Positions 21,636 to 34,830 of a stretch of DNA of 64,000 nt are shown here, one piece after another. Position 1 is the first letter of the stretch; every line of letters starts with the position of its first letter. The notes below the pieces were generated by a model, which saw only the letters and a program-made list of their open reading frames with translations, searched no databases and had not been told where the DNA came from. A program made the position numbers and the translations under genes. This DNA is from Lama glama (Eukaryota): the NCBI GenBank assembly GCA_028534125.1, contig CM052827.1, forward strand, positions 34,782,001 to 34,846,000, given 5' to 3'.

Positions 21636-24359
21636 TGGAGAAGACTTATTCATGGCCCCATCTTGGCTTACAGGGCTCCCTACTGTTCAAAAGGCACCCA
21701 CGGGCCAGAGAGAAACACCCCAGGGATCTGGGAAGGCTTGTATGTACCACCACCCTCCTTTGCTGCCGCCCTCCTCTGCCCCTGAGGGATTTGAGATGGA
21801 TGCTGCCACTCTTTGTCCTTAGTACCTGAGTGTGGGTTTGTCCAAGGGCTGTTGTCTTGGACAGAGAGCCGGTGAGGCTTGGAAGGTATGAACCAGCAGG
21901 AGCCAGGTAGTGCTGTTGCTGGGGGACCCACAGAGCTTTGGAGGGACACCCTGGCCAAGCCCATTGTCTGTCACCAGCCCTTTAGCCTTGCCCCCATCTG
22001 TTCTCCACACAGAAGCAAAAATGGTCTTTCTGCATGTCTTTCTGAGCACCTTCCAAGCTTAAAACACTTTCATTGCCCCCAGAATCAAATCCATGCCCTG
22101 GATCCACCATCCTCTCCCGTCTCAGTCTTTGCCAGTCTTACCCTCCTCTACTTGTGCCCTCCTGTGTCCTCCCATGGTCCTGGTCTCTCTCAGGGCAGGC
22201 CTTTCCTCATGCTGTCCTCTCACACTGTCCCCTCTTGCTGGAATCCCCTGCCCTGCCTGGCTGGCTGCCCCTTACCTTTAGGTCTTAGCTGAAAGTCTCT
22301 TCCTCAGGGAAGCCTTCCTGATCTCCCCTGGTGTTCAGTATTAGGGCCTCCTGCAGGGAGGTGAGCTCTGGAGGGGCTGGGACCTGCAGAACATGTCAGA
22401 CAGTCCTGGCCACCTGCGTACAGACAAGGCCATGGGGACTGACCCCAGGGCGGGGGAAGCCACATACCCCAAATGTGACTCTCTAAAGGGAGACAATGAA
22501 TCTGGTTCCAGAATGCTGGCCTCATAGTGGAAAGGGGGCTGTCCAAGAGGCGGGCAGGTGCCTGGAACGTGCCAGGCCTGTGGCCCCAGGGACCTAGTGC
22601 TAAAGCCACAGCTGTGGACACCAGTTCTCAAGGAGGGCAGGTGGAGGGGAAAAGGGGTCAAGGATAGAACCTTGAGGCTCATCCCATTTTTGGCTTGGTG
22701 AGGAAAGAGGAGCCAAAAAGAGCACTTGGGGAAAGGCGAAAGAATGCAGAAAAGGTGGCTAAAATATAGCACTGTTTTTATTTAGTTCTCAGATAATCTG
22801 ACTTTTTTTCTGTTTCACTTAGAATAGCTGGAACAGGAGGGCCCTACGTGGCAGTCCCTGGGATGAGAAACCCGTGTGTCAAAGCTGCTGCTGAATCCCT
22901 CTCTATTTTTACCTTCCTGACACTACTTCTTTGAGCCCCGAGGAGGCATCTTGGCCTGAGGTGGCCGGAGCCGGCGTCTCTGAGGCAGAGATGGCTAGCC
23001 CTCACCTCATTCTCCAGAAACCACCAAAGAGCCGGTTATTCACTTCTCTGGACCAGAAATAAATGCATTAGACAAATGTTCTCAGGCAATCTCGAGGGAT
23101 GCGAACACAAAATCATCCCCTAAATTACTTTTGTTTCCTTTCTTCGGTTCAAAGTTGGGTTATTTGTTCGCATTAGTTACGTTAAAATTGGACAGTAATT
23201 AACGTTCTTAAAATAGAAGGTCTGTATCCCCAAGTTTAGAAGGAAAAACCACCCAGGGAAGAAAAAAAATGTGGACATGTGTGAAATGCCATTCCATTAG
23301 CCACAGCCTTTTACGAGCCTCTGCGAGAAGCGCCTGTCAGGTGGGGACTGTGGCTGCCCGTGTCTGCGGCTGCTTCTTGTTCTGTCCCTGGCTCCAGGTC
23401 AAGGCAGCCTTTGACATCCGTGGTCAGGAGCTCTGGGGGTTCGCCAACCTCTAATTACATTTCTTTTTTTAAATATTGATAAACAGTCCCTCTGTTGATT
23501 CAGACCTTTTCTAAACACTGAGCCTGTAGCTGTTGGCTCCAAACAAAGAGAGCAGCTCCCCCAGGCCTCATCAGGCTGTGGAGCTTCTACCCAGGCCTCC
23601 TCTGGGCTCTCAGATTCTCAAACATTGAAGGAAGAAAACTGTCCCTCTGGGTGGGCATTGGGGGAGGTCACTTCAGGATTCAGAATCAGGCCTGGCTGGG
23701 CTGTGAGGGGAGGCCCCGCTTTCCCTAGGTGGGGACTTCTGGTCTCTCCTACTACCCGGGTTCCTACTCTGGGTTCACGGTGGAGGTGCGGGGGGTGAGG
23801 CAGGAGGGGCCACCATCCAGCTCCACTGCCCTGTGGCCTCATGCCCCACCGCCCATGTCACCACCTTGCTGCATTTATGAATATCAGTTCCTGGTCCCAC
23901 GGGCTTTGGCTGTAAACAGGACAACACTGGTGTCCTCCCCTTCCCTTTTCCCCAACACGGCTGCTAACTGGGTTGGATGGGAGTGGGAGTGGAGGGGACT
24001 CCTTCTGGTCCCAGGGGGTCCAGAAGAGCTAAGTGCCACCCATCCCATCTTGAGGACAACCACACAGAAGGACCCTCTGGACCCAGGATCCCCCAGACAT
24101 AACTAATGGCAACATGAGGGGGGGGTTCCCCTTCCTCCTGGATGACTCAGAGCCCAGTCAGCTGCGTCTTGCCCAGACTGCCAGGTTCCCTGTCCTCACT
24201 AATTAGAAGACTTGGCCAGTGGCCAGATATCGACATCGCTTCTGTAGTGACCATGTCCAGAGAGGAGCGCCTGGTGTGTCAATGATGTCCGTGATGCCCC
24301 AAAGCCCTTGGCTCCATGGGACTGAGACCAAGTTCCTGACATCATCATACCTCTGCATT

Positions 24360-24515
24360 CTACACCACAACAGGGCAGCTGCTATTGTTGTTACCATTTT
24401 ACAGATGGGGAAACTGAGTCCCCGAGAGGTAAATTGTACTGCCCAAGATCACAGTGGAGGAGTTGGGATTTGAACCCAGGTCCATCTGGCTCTGAAACCA
24501 GAGCGCTTCTCAATC
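24360..24515 (-). mobile_element. MIR SINE
   Basis: ccattttacagatggggaaactgag...tgcccaagatcacag...gggatttgaacccaggtc. Confidence 0.85.
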
Positions 24516-25329
24516 TACTTTGTCACAGAGCCTCCTGGTCCCCCTTCCTGCCTTTGGCAAGTGGCCTCTAGAAGGGGCCACCCTCAAATATATGCAACAG
24601 AGGTGATGTGGTCTGGGTAGGGTCAAGGTGCGGATGCCAGCAGCCATGGTGCTTCTTGTCAAGTCTTGCCCAGCATTGCCTGGGTGACCCCTTAGTTGGA
24701 GGACCTGTTGATGTGACCCATTTGGGCTGCAGTTTAAGGGGCAATTATAGATAAGCTCAGTGACCATCAGGCCCTTCTGCTACATCCCAGGAAATGGACC
24801 TAACCCTGTGAGAGGGTGAATCAGATGTAATCAGCTCCTAATTCAATATGGTAGCTCTATCAACATTTATCGAGATGTAGAGGCTGGTCCAGTGAGTTAG
24901 ACAGCAGTGGTGGTCAGATTAGACTCAGACAAGAAGAACCAACCAGTACTTTCTGACAGCTTTTTAAAAAGTTAAGTGGAAGAATGAACTTTTTCAGTAC
25001 TATACATTACAGGTACACACACTCATGTCCCAGACACAGATGAGAACAACCTTCAGACTGGCCATGTGCACACCTGCAGCCTCGTCCTGCTACGGGCACA
25101 TCTTTCAAGTCCAGCCTAGACACCTGGAACACTGCCCTGTTCAAAACCGAAGCTGGGAGGTCAGCCAGTGGGTGAGGCTGGCCCTGCCTTCCCTGTCTCT
25201 GCCTGAGGATCATAAAGCTCTCGGCCGCTGAGCTTATGTACATGACAAACTTCTCACCAGCTCTGAGCGGGAGAGAATTCTCTTCTAACTGGTAGTTTGG
25301 AGTCACTTAGGACAAATAATAATCAGATT

Positions 25330-25722
25330 ATTGGAGATTGTGATAGGATCTGTTACTTTCAGATTAGATTGAAATTTCTATCCTGCCTCTTTCCCGACCA
25401 CCAGTCCAGCTGACCAGCAGTGATCCCGGACACTTCTCTGCAGACTCATGGAGGTGGTGACTGCTCAGAGCCAATGACGTTCCACAGACTCCTCCTACCC
25501 CAGGCTCCTTGGGCCTGCCTTCCAGACCTCTCCACCAGCTTGACACCCCTTCACCTGTACCAGGGCTGGCCAGTGACCATCCTCTGACCCATCAAGTCCC
25601 CCCTTCGGACTGTTTTTTCCCCTTCTCCTCTCACAGTTGGTAAGATCTGACTCCTATAGTAAATTCCTGATGCCATCACACTTCCAGTGGTTCTGCCTTC
25701 CCAGCTGAACCCTGAGTGACAC
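25330..25722 (+). mobile_element. Old ERVL-class LTR fragment (family uncertain)
   Basis: LTR-type 3' end ctcctatagtaaattcc...agtggttctgccttccc...gaaccctgagtgaca. Confidence 0.5.
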
Positions 25723-26319
25723 GGCTCTCCACTTCTCCAGGCCTCAGTTTCCTTCGCCTATAATGGTGTGAGATACCAGCCTCAGGAAGGAGGCTGCATC
25801 CAGGTGCGAAGGACTGTGAGCCTGGGATTGATCCTGGCAGGTACATCTGTCATCATCTGAGGACAGGCGTTAGGCCAGAATCATGACTCAGTCGAGCTTT
25901 TCATCTTGGCACCAGCCATAGGAGCCCCACAGATGGGGCCCATGTGAAGTCAGCTGGTGGTGGAAGGTGTGGGGCATCCTTCCAATGGTCTGATTGGTTA
26001 TACAGCATGGCAGGGGCCATGACTGTGTTTAAGGCAATGGCTGGTCAGAGCCTTTCCTGATCAAGTCAGTGTCTCAGTCTGGAACGCAACCCCTAACTGG
26101 AATGTCCCTCCCCTGGGAAGCCAGCGTGTGGAGGCTTCCGGGAAGATGCTGAGAAGGGCAAGAGTGGCTCTTTGGGACTGAGATCACTCTGCTGACTTGC
26201 TAGCGAGGAGACTTGGCTCCTGTGATGATGATGAGCTCGTCCTGCCTCTTTACAGTGGGACTGGGGATTTGTAGACGCTGCATCAGGGTGAGGCACACAC
26301 AGTGCCTTGCTGCCTTGGT

Positions 26320-26620
26320 CCAGGATCTTTGCTCCTCCTGAACATTCAGAGACCCTTGTGGCCCACTTGTTCACTTTATTCAGGTCCCTGCTCAAATGTC
26401 ACCCCCTTGGCATAGGTTGTACCACCCTGTATAAAATAATGCCCCTTTCCACCACACTCTATCCCCTTACCCTGCTCCATTTTTCTTTCCCAAAGATCAC
26501 CACTTCACACAGTATGTATTTCTGTACTCTTTCCCCCTCCACTGGAAGGTAAAGCCCATGAAAGCAGGGGCTATATCTGTCTTGTTCACTGCTGACCACC
26601 CAGAACAGTACTCTGCTCAG
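26320..26620 (+). mobile_element. L2 LINE 3' fragment
   Basis: ttcaggtccctgctcaaatgtcacc...taaagcccatgaaagcagggg...tgtcttgttcactgctg. Confidence 0.8.
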
Positions 26621-29600
26621 AGCAGACACTAGTGCAAATTTGCTCCAGGTGAGAACTGACCTCTGTGTAAAGTGTCCTGACCTCACCTCTACCTCTGTCT
26701 TTATTCATGCTTGAAAATGCCGAAGCCAGCGCCCCTAGCCTAGAGGAAGGCTGCTTCTCTATGTCAGGAAGGCTGGCTTGATGAATTAAGTATCAAACAC
26801 AAGTTCCCAGCATCCAAGGGTTTTAAATCTTTTCTTCTAATCATTATTCTGGACCGTGGGCTCTGTAACCATTTTGGAAGTGGATTTGGGGTGATTAAAT
26901 TCTTTCCAAGCCTAATCCTTTATGGAAAACCGAAGTTCTAAATGAAATGAACCAGAATGAATGTGCTGATGTTTGATCGCCTGCACTGGTTTACCCCAGC
27001 TCATTTCAGCACTGGGGCTGGGCAGCGCCCTGAAAAATTCTCCACGGCATCTTCCTATAATGGAGGAGTGAAGGCCCCCTTTTTTACAGAATGCCTGTGA
27101 CTTAAGAGGCCGAGGCCCTTGAGGAGACTGTTGGAAAGCCCGTGTGCCTTCTGCAGGGAGCACCCGTCCTCCCCCGTGAGGCTGCGGTGTGGCTGGGCCG
27201 ATGGGCAGCATCATACCCCCGGCCTGCTTTTTCCACTTTCTTCTGCAGTCCCCACGACCACAGCTTAGCAAACACATGGTGGGGGTGTGTGTGCAGGGTG
27301 GGCCACAAGGAAGGTCTGGCAAGGAACCTTTAGTAGCAGGACTACAGGGATGAGTCAGGGTCCTTCAGGGATGGGAAGGGGAGGCCCCTATGTCCCTGTC
27401 CCACCTACCATTGAGGCTTCAGCCCCTAGAGGCTGTTTGCAGCCCAGCCCAGCCCAGTACAGAATCTGGGGGTATCATGATAGCCTAAAAAGCTGTTTCC
27501 AAGAATATAACATAAAAAAGAAAGCTTTCTACCCTCATTGGAAATGGAAAGGTACTGGTTCTTGGCGGGGACACTCCAGTGACTTGGAACACTCTGTAGG
27601 AGACTTTGTTCTTGGCGACACCAGAAGTGGGGCAGCCTCTGTAACCCCAGTCACATGTGTCCAGACTTGCCAGGCTCTGTGGGCCAAGGAGGGGTAGAAC
27701 CTGGATCTTACCCAGATGCTTAGTAACTCTTGGAAAATGGGGTTTTCCTCTTCTGCTGATTTGATTGTCAATTTGGGGAATTTATCACTTGTGAAATCTG
27801 AGGCTTCTGGTGGAGACCTTTTTCTGAGGCATTATGAGAGGCACCAGCAGGGCTTCTTCCCCTAACGCAGGTGTTCTGATGAGAGTTTGGGGTCACAGCG
27901 ATGGGACTCATGGTTGCCCTGTATCTTCTGTCCTACTAACCTGGACTGCATCACATGGTCCCCAAGACTCTGCCTGCTGCCTGCCCGCTTTCATGGAAGG
28001 AGATGCATAGAATCTTCTGCCTGGGAGGCCTTATGTTCCTCTCCATCATGAAGAACCTAGCTACACTCAGATGAAAACGGTGACGTGGGGTAAAACATGT
28101 AGCCTGGAAGCCCTCTCCCTCTTTCAGAAATGTAGGTAAACACAGCCCGGGCCCTGGAGAGATGCCAGCTCAGCCACAGGATGGCACGCCCCAGGCGCTG
28201 CCCTTATGATAAAGCTCTTGGTTCCTGCCCCCTCCTTGCTGGGTACAGTTTGGAGACTATTGCGTGCATGTGCCCCCTGCTCCAAGAGTGAAAATCCAGA
28301 GTCATCCCTCTGCCCTCAACCTGAATGCACAACAGCTAACACAGGTGGGGCCCATTCTTTATGCTGGACACAGTGCCAAGTAGTTTACCTCCCTCCATAC
28401 CCAACTCTGTACCCGTCGAAAAGCCATCAGCAGTCACAGCTTTTGCCCTTGGTCAGCAGCAGGGCTGGGATTTCAAGTCCTGTGGGTCTAATGCTGGAGC
28501 CTGTGCTCTTAGCCAGCCCACCATTCTTCCCATGGGGCCTGTCTGATGATTCATTTCTTACTCTGTACCCAGAGACGGTGAGGTTTAAACCAGAATAAAA
28601 GGAGGCTATTATGATTTCACTATTTGCTGTTTATCTAAATTAGATAATAAATCATGGGCTACTTGAAACAATATACATGTCAACCTCCTGGATATTTAGT
28701 TATCACTTAGTGCCATTTGATGGTGCCTGTCGTATAATCAACACTTCTGTCGAGAAAATATGATATTTCAGTGAAATGGAAAAGTGAATGAGAAAATAAA
28801 TTTAACATGGCCCTTCTCTTCCTTGGAGGCAGGGCCACAGACTCACGGCAGTGGCGGCCGGCGGGGATGGCTTAGGCTGGTGAGGGGATGCGCAGGCATT
28901 CCCCACCCTCTCCAGGCTGGGATTCTGTCCTGGGAAGAGGGAAGCCTGTCCCCGAAGCAGCAGCTGGCCCAGCTGAGTGACAACACTGAGCCCCAAATAA
29001 CTCTGTGCCCATTCATCAGCCTCAGCATAATCGGGCATCTGCCACTGGCATCTCCAGATGTTTGCCTTTATCAGACGTCGATGCGGTTCAGTGTTTTCAT
29101 TAAAGTCCTCGTAAAAAGCTCTAGCTGGTTGGGGATGCTCTTTGTTCATTTTATTTGAGTTCCTTATCATGTTCAAAATGTTCCAGGCACCATTAGGAGA
29201 CACAAAAGCCTTAGAAAACACAGTTTCAGGGGGCGGAAGCTCACCGTAGCGTGGAGGAGACACGGCCACCGACATTTACAAACATTTGCGGAACACAATC
29301 AGCTGTTAGGAATGAAAGTCACTCACAGCAGCACATCAGGCATGAGGAGTGGGGAGGTGGAAACTGAGGATTTAATGTCCGCCTGAGGGAATCTTCTAAA
29401 ATCAGATGGGTGTTCCAGGCTGTTTGTTCATTAATGTGGTCTTCAGATTACTTCCCAGTGAGACTGGGCTATAGGGGCCAGACAGGAGGCAGAAGCTTGA
29501 TCAGGAAAAGATTAAAGGGGATGCACATCGTGGTTCAAGGTAAACATTTGAGGTGCAGGTTTAGGCACATTATAATTATTGCTTAATCATAAATGTAGCC

Positions 29601-29834
29601 TGGTGGAATGCATTGATTCACACACAAGTTACTAAAGGCATTTAGGGAAAATAAAATGTAGGCAATGAGAATTGTCCCCATCAATTTGCAAAAGTAATGT
29701 CTGAGACAGCATCCTGGAAGTGCAGAGAATCCTGCTTATGGGCACAAATTAAATTCATCTTCTTTGGAAAAGGATAATTTAGATGATCAATAACCTCTTT
29801 TGAAAGAATATTTTGAGAGTGTACCTTTTAAAAA

Positions 29835-30100
29835 GTTGACTTCATTTATTCTTCTTTTATCAAAAAAGGACTTTGGAGGCTTATAGCAAAAGATATGACA
29901 ACGAGGTTATTAAAATAGAAATGGAAAACTAGAACCCAATCAGAAAAGATAATACATGATTTCTGACTACAATGGCTAACCTTATGTCTGTGATCAAGCT
30001 CTAAATTTAGCCCTGAGCTTCCTGGAATCCAAGGTGAAAAGGGAAACACAATCAATTACACAGTTCCAGCTGCTAAAATGGACAAAACATGTCAATTCAC
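29835..30100 (-). mobile_element. L4 (RTE-X) LINE fragment
   Basis: caaaaaaggactttggaggcttat and ctaaatttagccctgagcttcctgg...aaaagggaaacac resemble the recalled L4 3' region. Confidence 0.5.
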
Positions 30101-33100
30101 AAGTATTTAATTATTTGTGAATTTATAAAAGCAAAAGAGGCAGAGAAAACTTCTGGGGAAATGGGGGAGAGATTTTTAAATAGTTAAAGGGAAAAGATAG
30201 ATTTTGAAATTTTTTATGAGAAGCAAAGCTTGGGAAACAATGACCGACACATTCACTGAGATCTGGGTGGGTGAGTCTGGGGTGGCTCCAATTCGATCAG
30301 TTTATTGCTAAGTGAATCACTTATATGGTGAGCAAACTAAGGCCATGGACCAGGACCCAGGCATTTGGCATGTCTGGCCTGTCCTCAGGAAGTGGCTGTG
30401 TCTTAGTTCTCTGTACTGGTGCCTGGTACATTTTGCACAGAAAGAACTCAACCATGGCGCTGTCTTGCCTGGGTTGAGAATGCCAGGAGGACAAAGACAC
30501 GTTCCCAGCACCCCAGAGTGTCTGCCTGCTACTAGTAGCCACTCAGTTAGTGTTGGATGCTAATAGCTCACAAACCAAAAATGGGAAAATTACCATAAAA
30601 TGACAAACACTATTTGCAACTTAGTGGGAGCATTTTCACAACTCTCAGGGGTAAGGGTCAAATCTGTCAGTTTTTGCTATGGAAGACTCCTGGATGGACC
30701 TGCCCATGGGCGGATGGGCAGTTATGACACGCTGGATGAGTGGGTACACGATGTTGTGATGCTGGACTTCTTTTGAGAAGGCTCTGTCATGGCCTTTTCA
30801 ATGGCACACTCACCGTGGGGCTCTGTGGGCTGTGCCAGGTCTCATAAGGGCCCTGCCAGTGGGGAGGTGATGGGGTAGGGGGAAGTGGGGGAGGGACCCT
30901 CAGTGACAATGCTGACTTGTCTCTAGCTGTCCTCCCAGCAGGCTTTAGGGTGGGATTTGAGCAGGCACTGCATTTTACCAGCCAGTCTGCAGTTGCCTTT
31001 TGTCCTCAGTTACTCAGTGCAGATTTCTTTGCTGCTCTAAAGATCCTTTGCGTTTCACCATTTACAAAAAAAAGTCCCTGGAGGGCTCATCTCTGCCCCA
31101 CAGAGGGTGCCTTTCCAGAGAGTTGGAGCCCTGAGCTCAGGCGGGCATGGTCTGCGGAGGTTCCTGAGGTCGGGATGCTGGGGGTCTGTGCGGGGGCCGT
31201 GGCCTGGACACGGAGCCCACAGGACGGGGAATGCCTCTGCAAGCAAGACATTGCCTGTGGCCTAGGCAGGCTGTGTGGGTGCCTCATGTCCCCCCAAGCT
31301 GGGTCTGTGTTGGGGGCAGTTGTGTCTGGTGAGGCGTTCGGAAGGAGCAGACGCACCAGTCTGGGCACAACAGTGGGTCTAACGCCCAGCAGGGAGGCTC
31401 TGCGTCAGACACGTTTCCTCTCTGGGCCTCAGTTTCTCACAACTCCGGACTGAGGCTTGGAGTAGTCCCTCAGGATCACCAGCTCAAGGTGTCCCAAGTG
31501 TAAGAGGCAACACAAAGACCCATCACTGTGCCTGGCTCGGAGCATTCCTGTGATCACTGTGCCCATTATTATCCTGCCCTGGAGGCTGAAGGACCCACCA
31601 GCTCTCTCCTCCACCCCAGGCCCTCATTTCCAAAGGTTTTACACCCACAGGAGAGGACACTGAGGTCATCACCCACTCAGGCAAGCCTCATGGCCTTCCT
31701 GACCCTGTGTGAAAAGTGGGGCATCTCTGCCTGTCCTGCCTGCCCCAGAGCTGGGAATCAAGTGCTGTGAAGGCCCTGGAGAGGCAGCCCCTGCCCCCCA
31801 ATGCACCTCATGAGGGCTGAAGACTTAGTCCCTAGAAGATTTGCAGAACTGAGCCGGCCCGCACAAATGCCCATCAGATGCCTGGGTTAGTATTACAGAC
31901 TGTGGTCGCTCTGCGAGTGTTGGGGAACTCAGGGCTCAGGGGGCAGATGCCCCTGGGGGAGGGAGGACGGGAGGAATGAGGAGCAGGACTTGCTGTCCAC
32001 AGACTTCGGATGACTCCCTGCCAACCTGACATTGTTGGTGTCATCAACCTGGATGCCACTCTGAGGTTCAGGCACAAGTGACACATGAATTCCCCTCCCC
32101 AGTGGGCCTCACCACTGCCACCCCCTGCCTCAGGGGTGGACAGTCTTATTTATTTTAATAGGTTAAATCTGGCACCGCTAAGTGAAGTGGCTGGGCTATT
32201 GGATTTAAATCAGCCTGATTTTGGACACCTAAGACTCATAAAAAGCTGGGAGTGCAGGAGCATTCCTGATTACACATCCTCACACAGATGCAGGGTTTGA
32301 CTGTGGATCATCTTATCTGTTTTTCCACCACCATAGGTGGGAATACTGGAGTAGATCCTGTTTGTTGTTGTTGTTGATTTTTTTTTTTTAATTCCAAAGT
32401 TTCTCAGACATGGAGAAGAACTTATGAAAGACAGATGAAGGGTCCAACAATTCATTTAGGTAAATAAACAGTGACAGAGCTAACTGCAGCATTGACGGGC
32501 CCTGATCCTACGATCAATGGAAAGAAATTAGGCAGAGTGAAGACTGCTAACGGCAGGACCAGGGCACTCGAAAAGTCAAGTCAGGAATCGCTCAGACTCT
32601 GCAGCAGATGCTGGTGGATTCTGCCTAAGTGGGGAATTGGCTGACCATCACTGGCTACCACTGTGGGAGGGTAGGGGTGGCTACCATTCAGCATCAAGCT
32701 TGAAGAGAGAGACTGGAACGATAAGGAGAAGCCAGCAGGAGACCATGTGGCTGTACTGGTCTAAGGTCAGGATGCCCCCATGGGCACGGGGGAGGGCAGT
32801 GTCCAGGCAGCGCAGGGCTGTATGCGACCACTTGGATGGTCAGACCTGGGGGAGGATCAGCCCAGTACCCCTGCCACCTCCTGCTCCCCGAGGCCTAGGC
32901 CTGTCACCCTGCCGGGACCACTTCAGTTCACTGATCGGAGACTGGCACAAACTCCCTGGGCACTTGATACTCGGGCATTTCTGTGGGGTTGGAGTAGGGA
33001 GCTCCAGTTATGGGGATCCCCCCGCCTGGCCAGACAGGGGCCCAGAATTGGGGTCTGAGGGCAACTCCCTGACACCCTCCACCTTCCTCTGCCAAAGTGA

Positions 33101-33554
33101 CCAGTACAGGTCAGGATGGAGGCTTGGGCTTGTGGGGCCCAGACCAGCCCTTGTCTTGACTCCCTGATTAGTCACCTCTGCAGTCAGGGGTGGAGAGGTG
33201 GGGAGTGAGGGGTTGGAGGGGAAGGGATGGGGGATGAACTGAGGCTGAGCTGATTGCCCATAAGAATCGAGGCTGGGCAGGTGGAAGTAATGATGAATGA
33301 TGATCAAAGAAGTTAAGGCCCATACACAGCAGTGAAGGAAGGTGTAGTCAACGTGCAGAGCATCCTTATAAAACCAGCTGGGTCACTAAAGCAAGCCCAG
33401 GCTTTATCTCGGCTTTTGACTCTGTAAAATGGAGCTCCTGATACCCTCCCTGCTTTGCCCTGGCAGCACCAGGGGAAGTGGCTGTGATACCCTGGGGATC
33501 CCAGGGCCGTGGGACGGCCACGAAGTAGTGCTGAGGGTGGGAGTCGGGGGTTAG

Positions 33555-34025
33555 GAATGGAAATGACAGACACAAGGATTTCAGGAGTCTGTGGTCAGGT
33601 TTGTAGTAGCTGGGAGGCCAGCGTGCCTTGAGCAGAATTGAAGGCATGGGGGATGTGTGTTTGGTGACATGATAAGTTTGACAAGGCGGCCGACAGCTGG
33701 AAATGTGGGCCTGGACCAGGGAAGCCACAGAGGCACTAGGCTGGTGAGGGTTGGTTGCATCAGGAAGTTTGTAAGCAGCCAAGGGGCCCTTGCTGAACAG
33801 AGAAACAAGACAAAAATAGTGCTGTGGGGAGGGTGGGCATCTAGATCCAGCAAGGAGAGGAGGTGGGAGGACACTAGGAAAGTGCACGGCATGGAGGTTG
33901 GTGGGGCAGAGGCTGTCCGTCGCTGGGCAGAGCTGTGCCAGGCGAGACCTGGGAAAGGGATAAGGTAGGGGAACATGAAGTGCAGATTGTGAGGAAGGAG
34001 TGGATGGTGAGGACACGGAAGAAAA
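33555..34025 (-). mobile_element. L2 LINE fragment
   Basis: Antisense reads caggtctcgcctggcacagctc...catcagtgcctctg...ctggtccaggccc...tacaaacctgacca, L2 style. Confidence 0.6.
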
Positions 34026-34694
34026 TTTTACAAACTGTCCAGCTCCCCCCACAGCAACTTGGTAAGAACCATGAGTGCCCGGTACTAAGACACACCACCA
34101 TTCCTGGCTGCCAGACATAAGCCTTGGGAGGAAGCTCACAGCCAGGATGACAGTCTCCAAGCCCACAAGTGATCAAACCTAACACTAAACATGCATAAAA
34201 GGTCAAGATCAGGAAATTCATCAGATTTCCAGCCACATTTACCTCCCAAAACATAGCTGTGAATCCAGAAGTAAACAGCGCATCTCTGAGCAGTCCAAGC
34301 AGCTGCCACAGCCCCTCCTATTCTAGGGGACTTTGTAAGGAGAGACCCTGGAGTTCTCACTCAGAGCCGACTTGCTTTCATTTAACACACAGTTCTCATC
34401 AACATTGTAACCTGGTTTCAATTTTTAAAGAATCAAAATCAAGAGAAAATGCACAAGGTCAGTGGCTCTGCAAATCTTAAGTGTGTGAGACCATCACAGG
34501 GAGGGCTTGGCACAGCCAGGTGCTCGGTTCCCTTTGAAGACTGTTGTTCCCACATTTTCTTAAAGGGAACCCCTGAGTTATGAAGACGTTGTGGAAATAG
34601 TAGTCCCTCTCTTTTGTTTAAGAAGGCAGAGCAGTGTATGTTGCATATCAGGAAGTGGTGTTTTTAAGTTTAGTCTCTTAAGGAGGGGATGGAG

Positions 34695-34830
34695 TCCCAT
34701 TTATTGAGCACCTACTATGTACTCACTAACTTAACCTCCTAACAATCCTGCAAGTAACTATTATCTTTACCGTTTTGTAGAAAAGACAACAGACTTGGAG
34801 AGCTATGGTAATTTGTCCCAGTCACACTGT
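34695..34830 (-). mobile_element. MIR SINE
   Basis: catttattgagcacctactatgt...cctcctaacaatcctg. Confidence 0.7.

Noticed and set aside
33366-34166. 266-aa ORF, the longest in the track
   Set aside because: Overlaps a decayed L2 fragment; no RT or endonuclease motifs are recognisable
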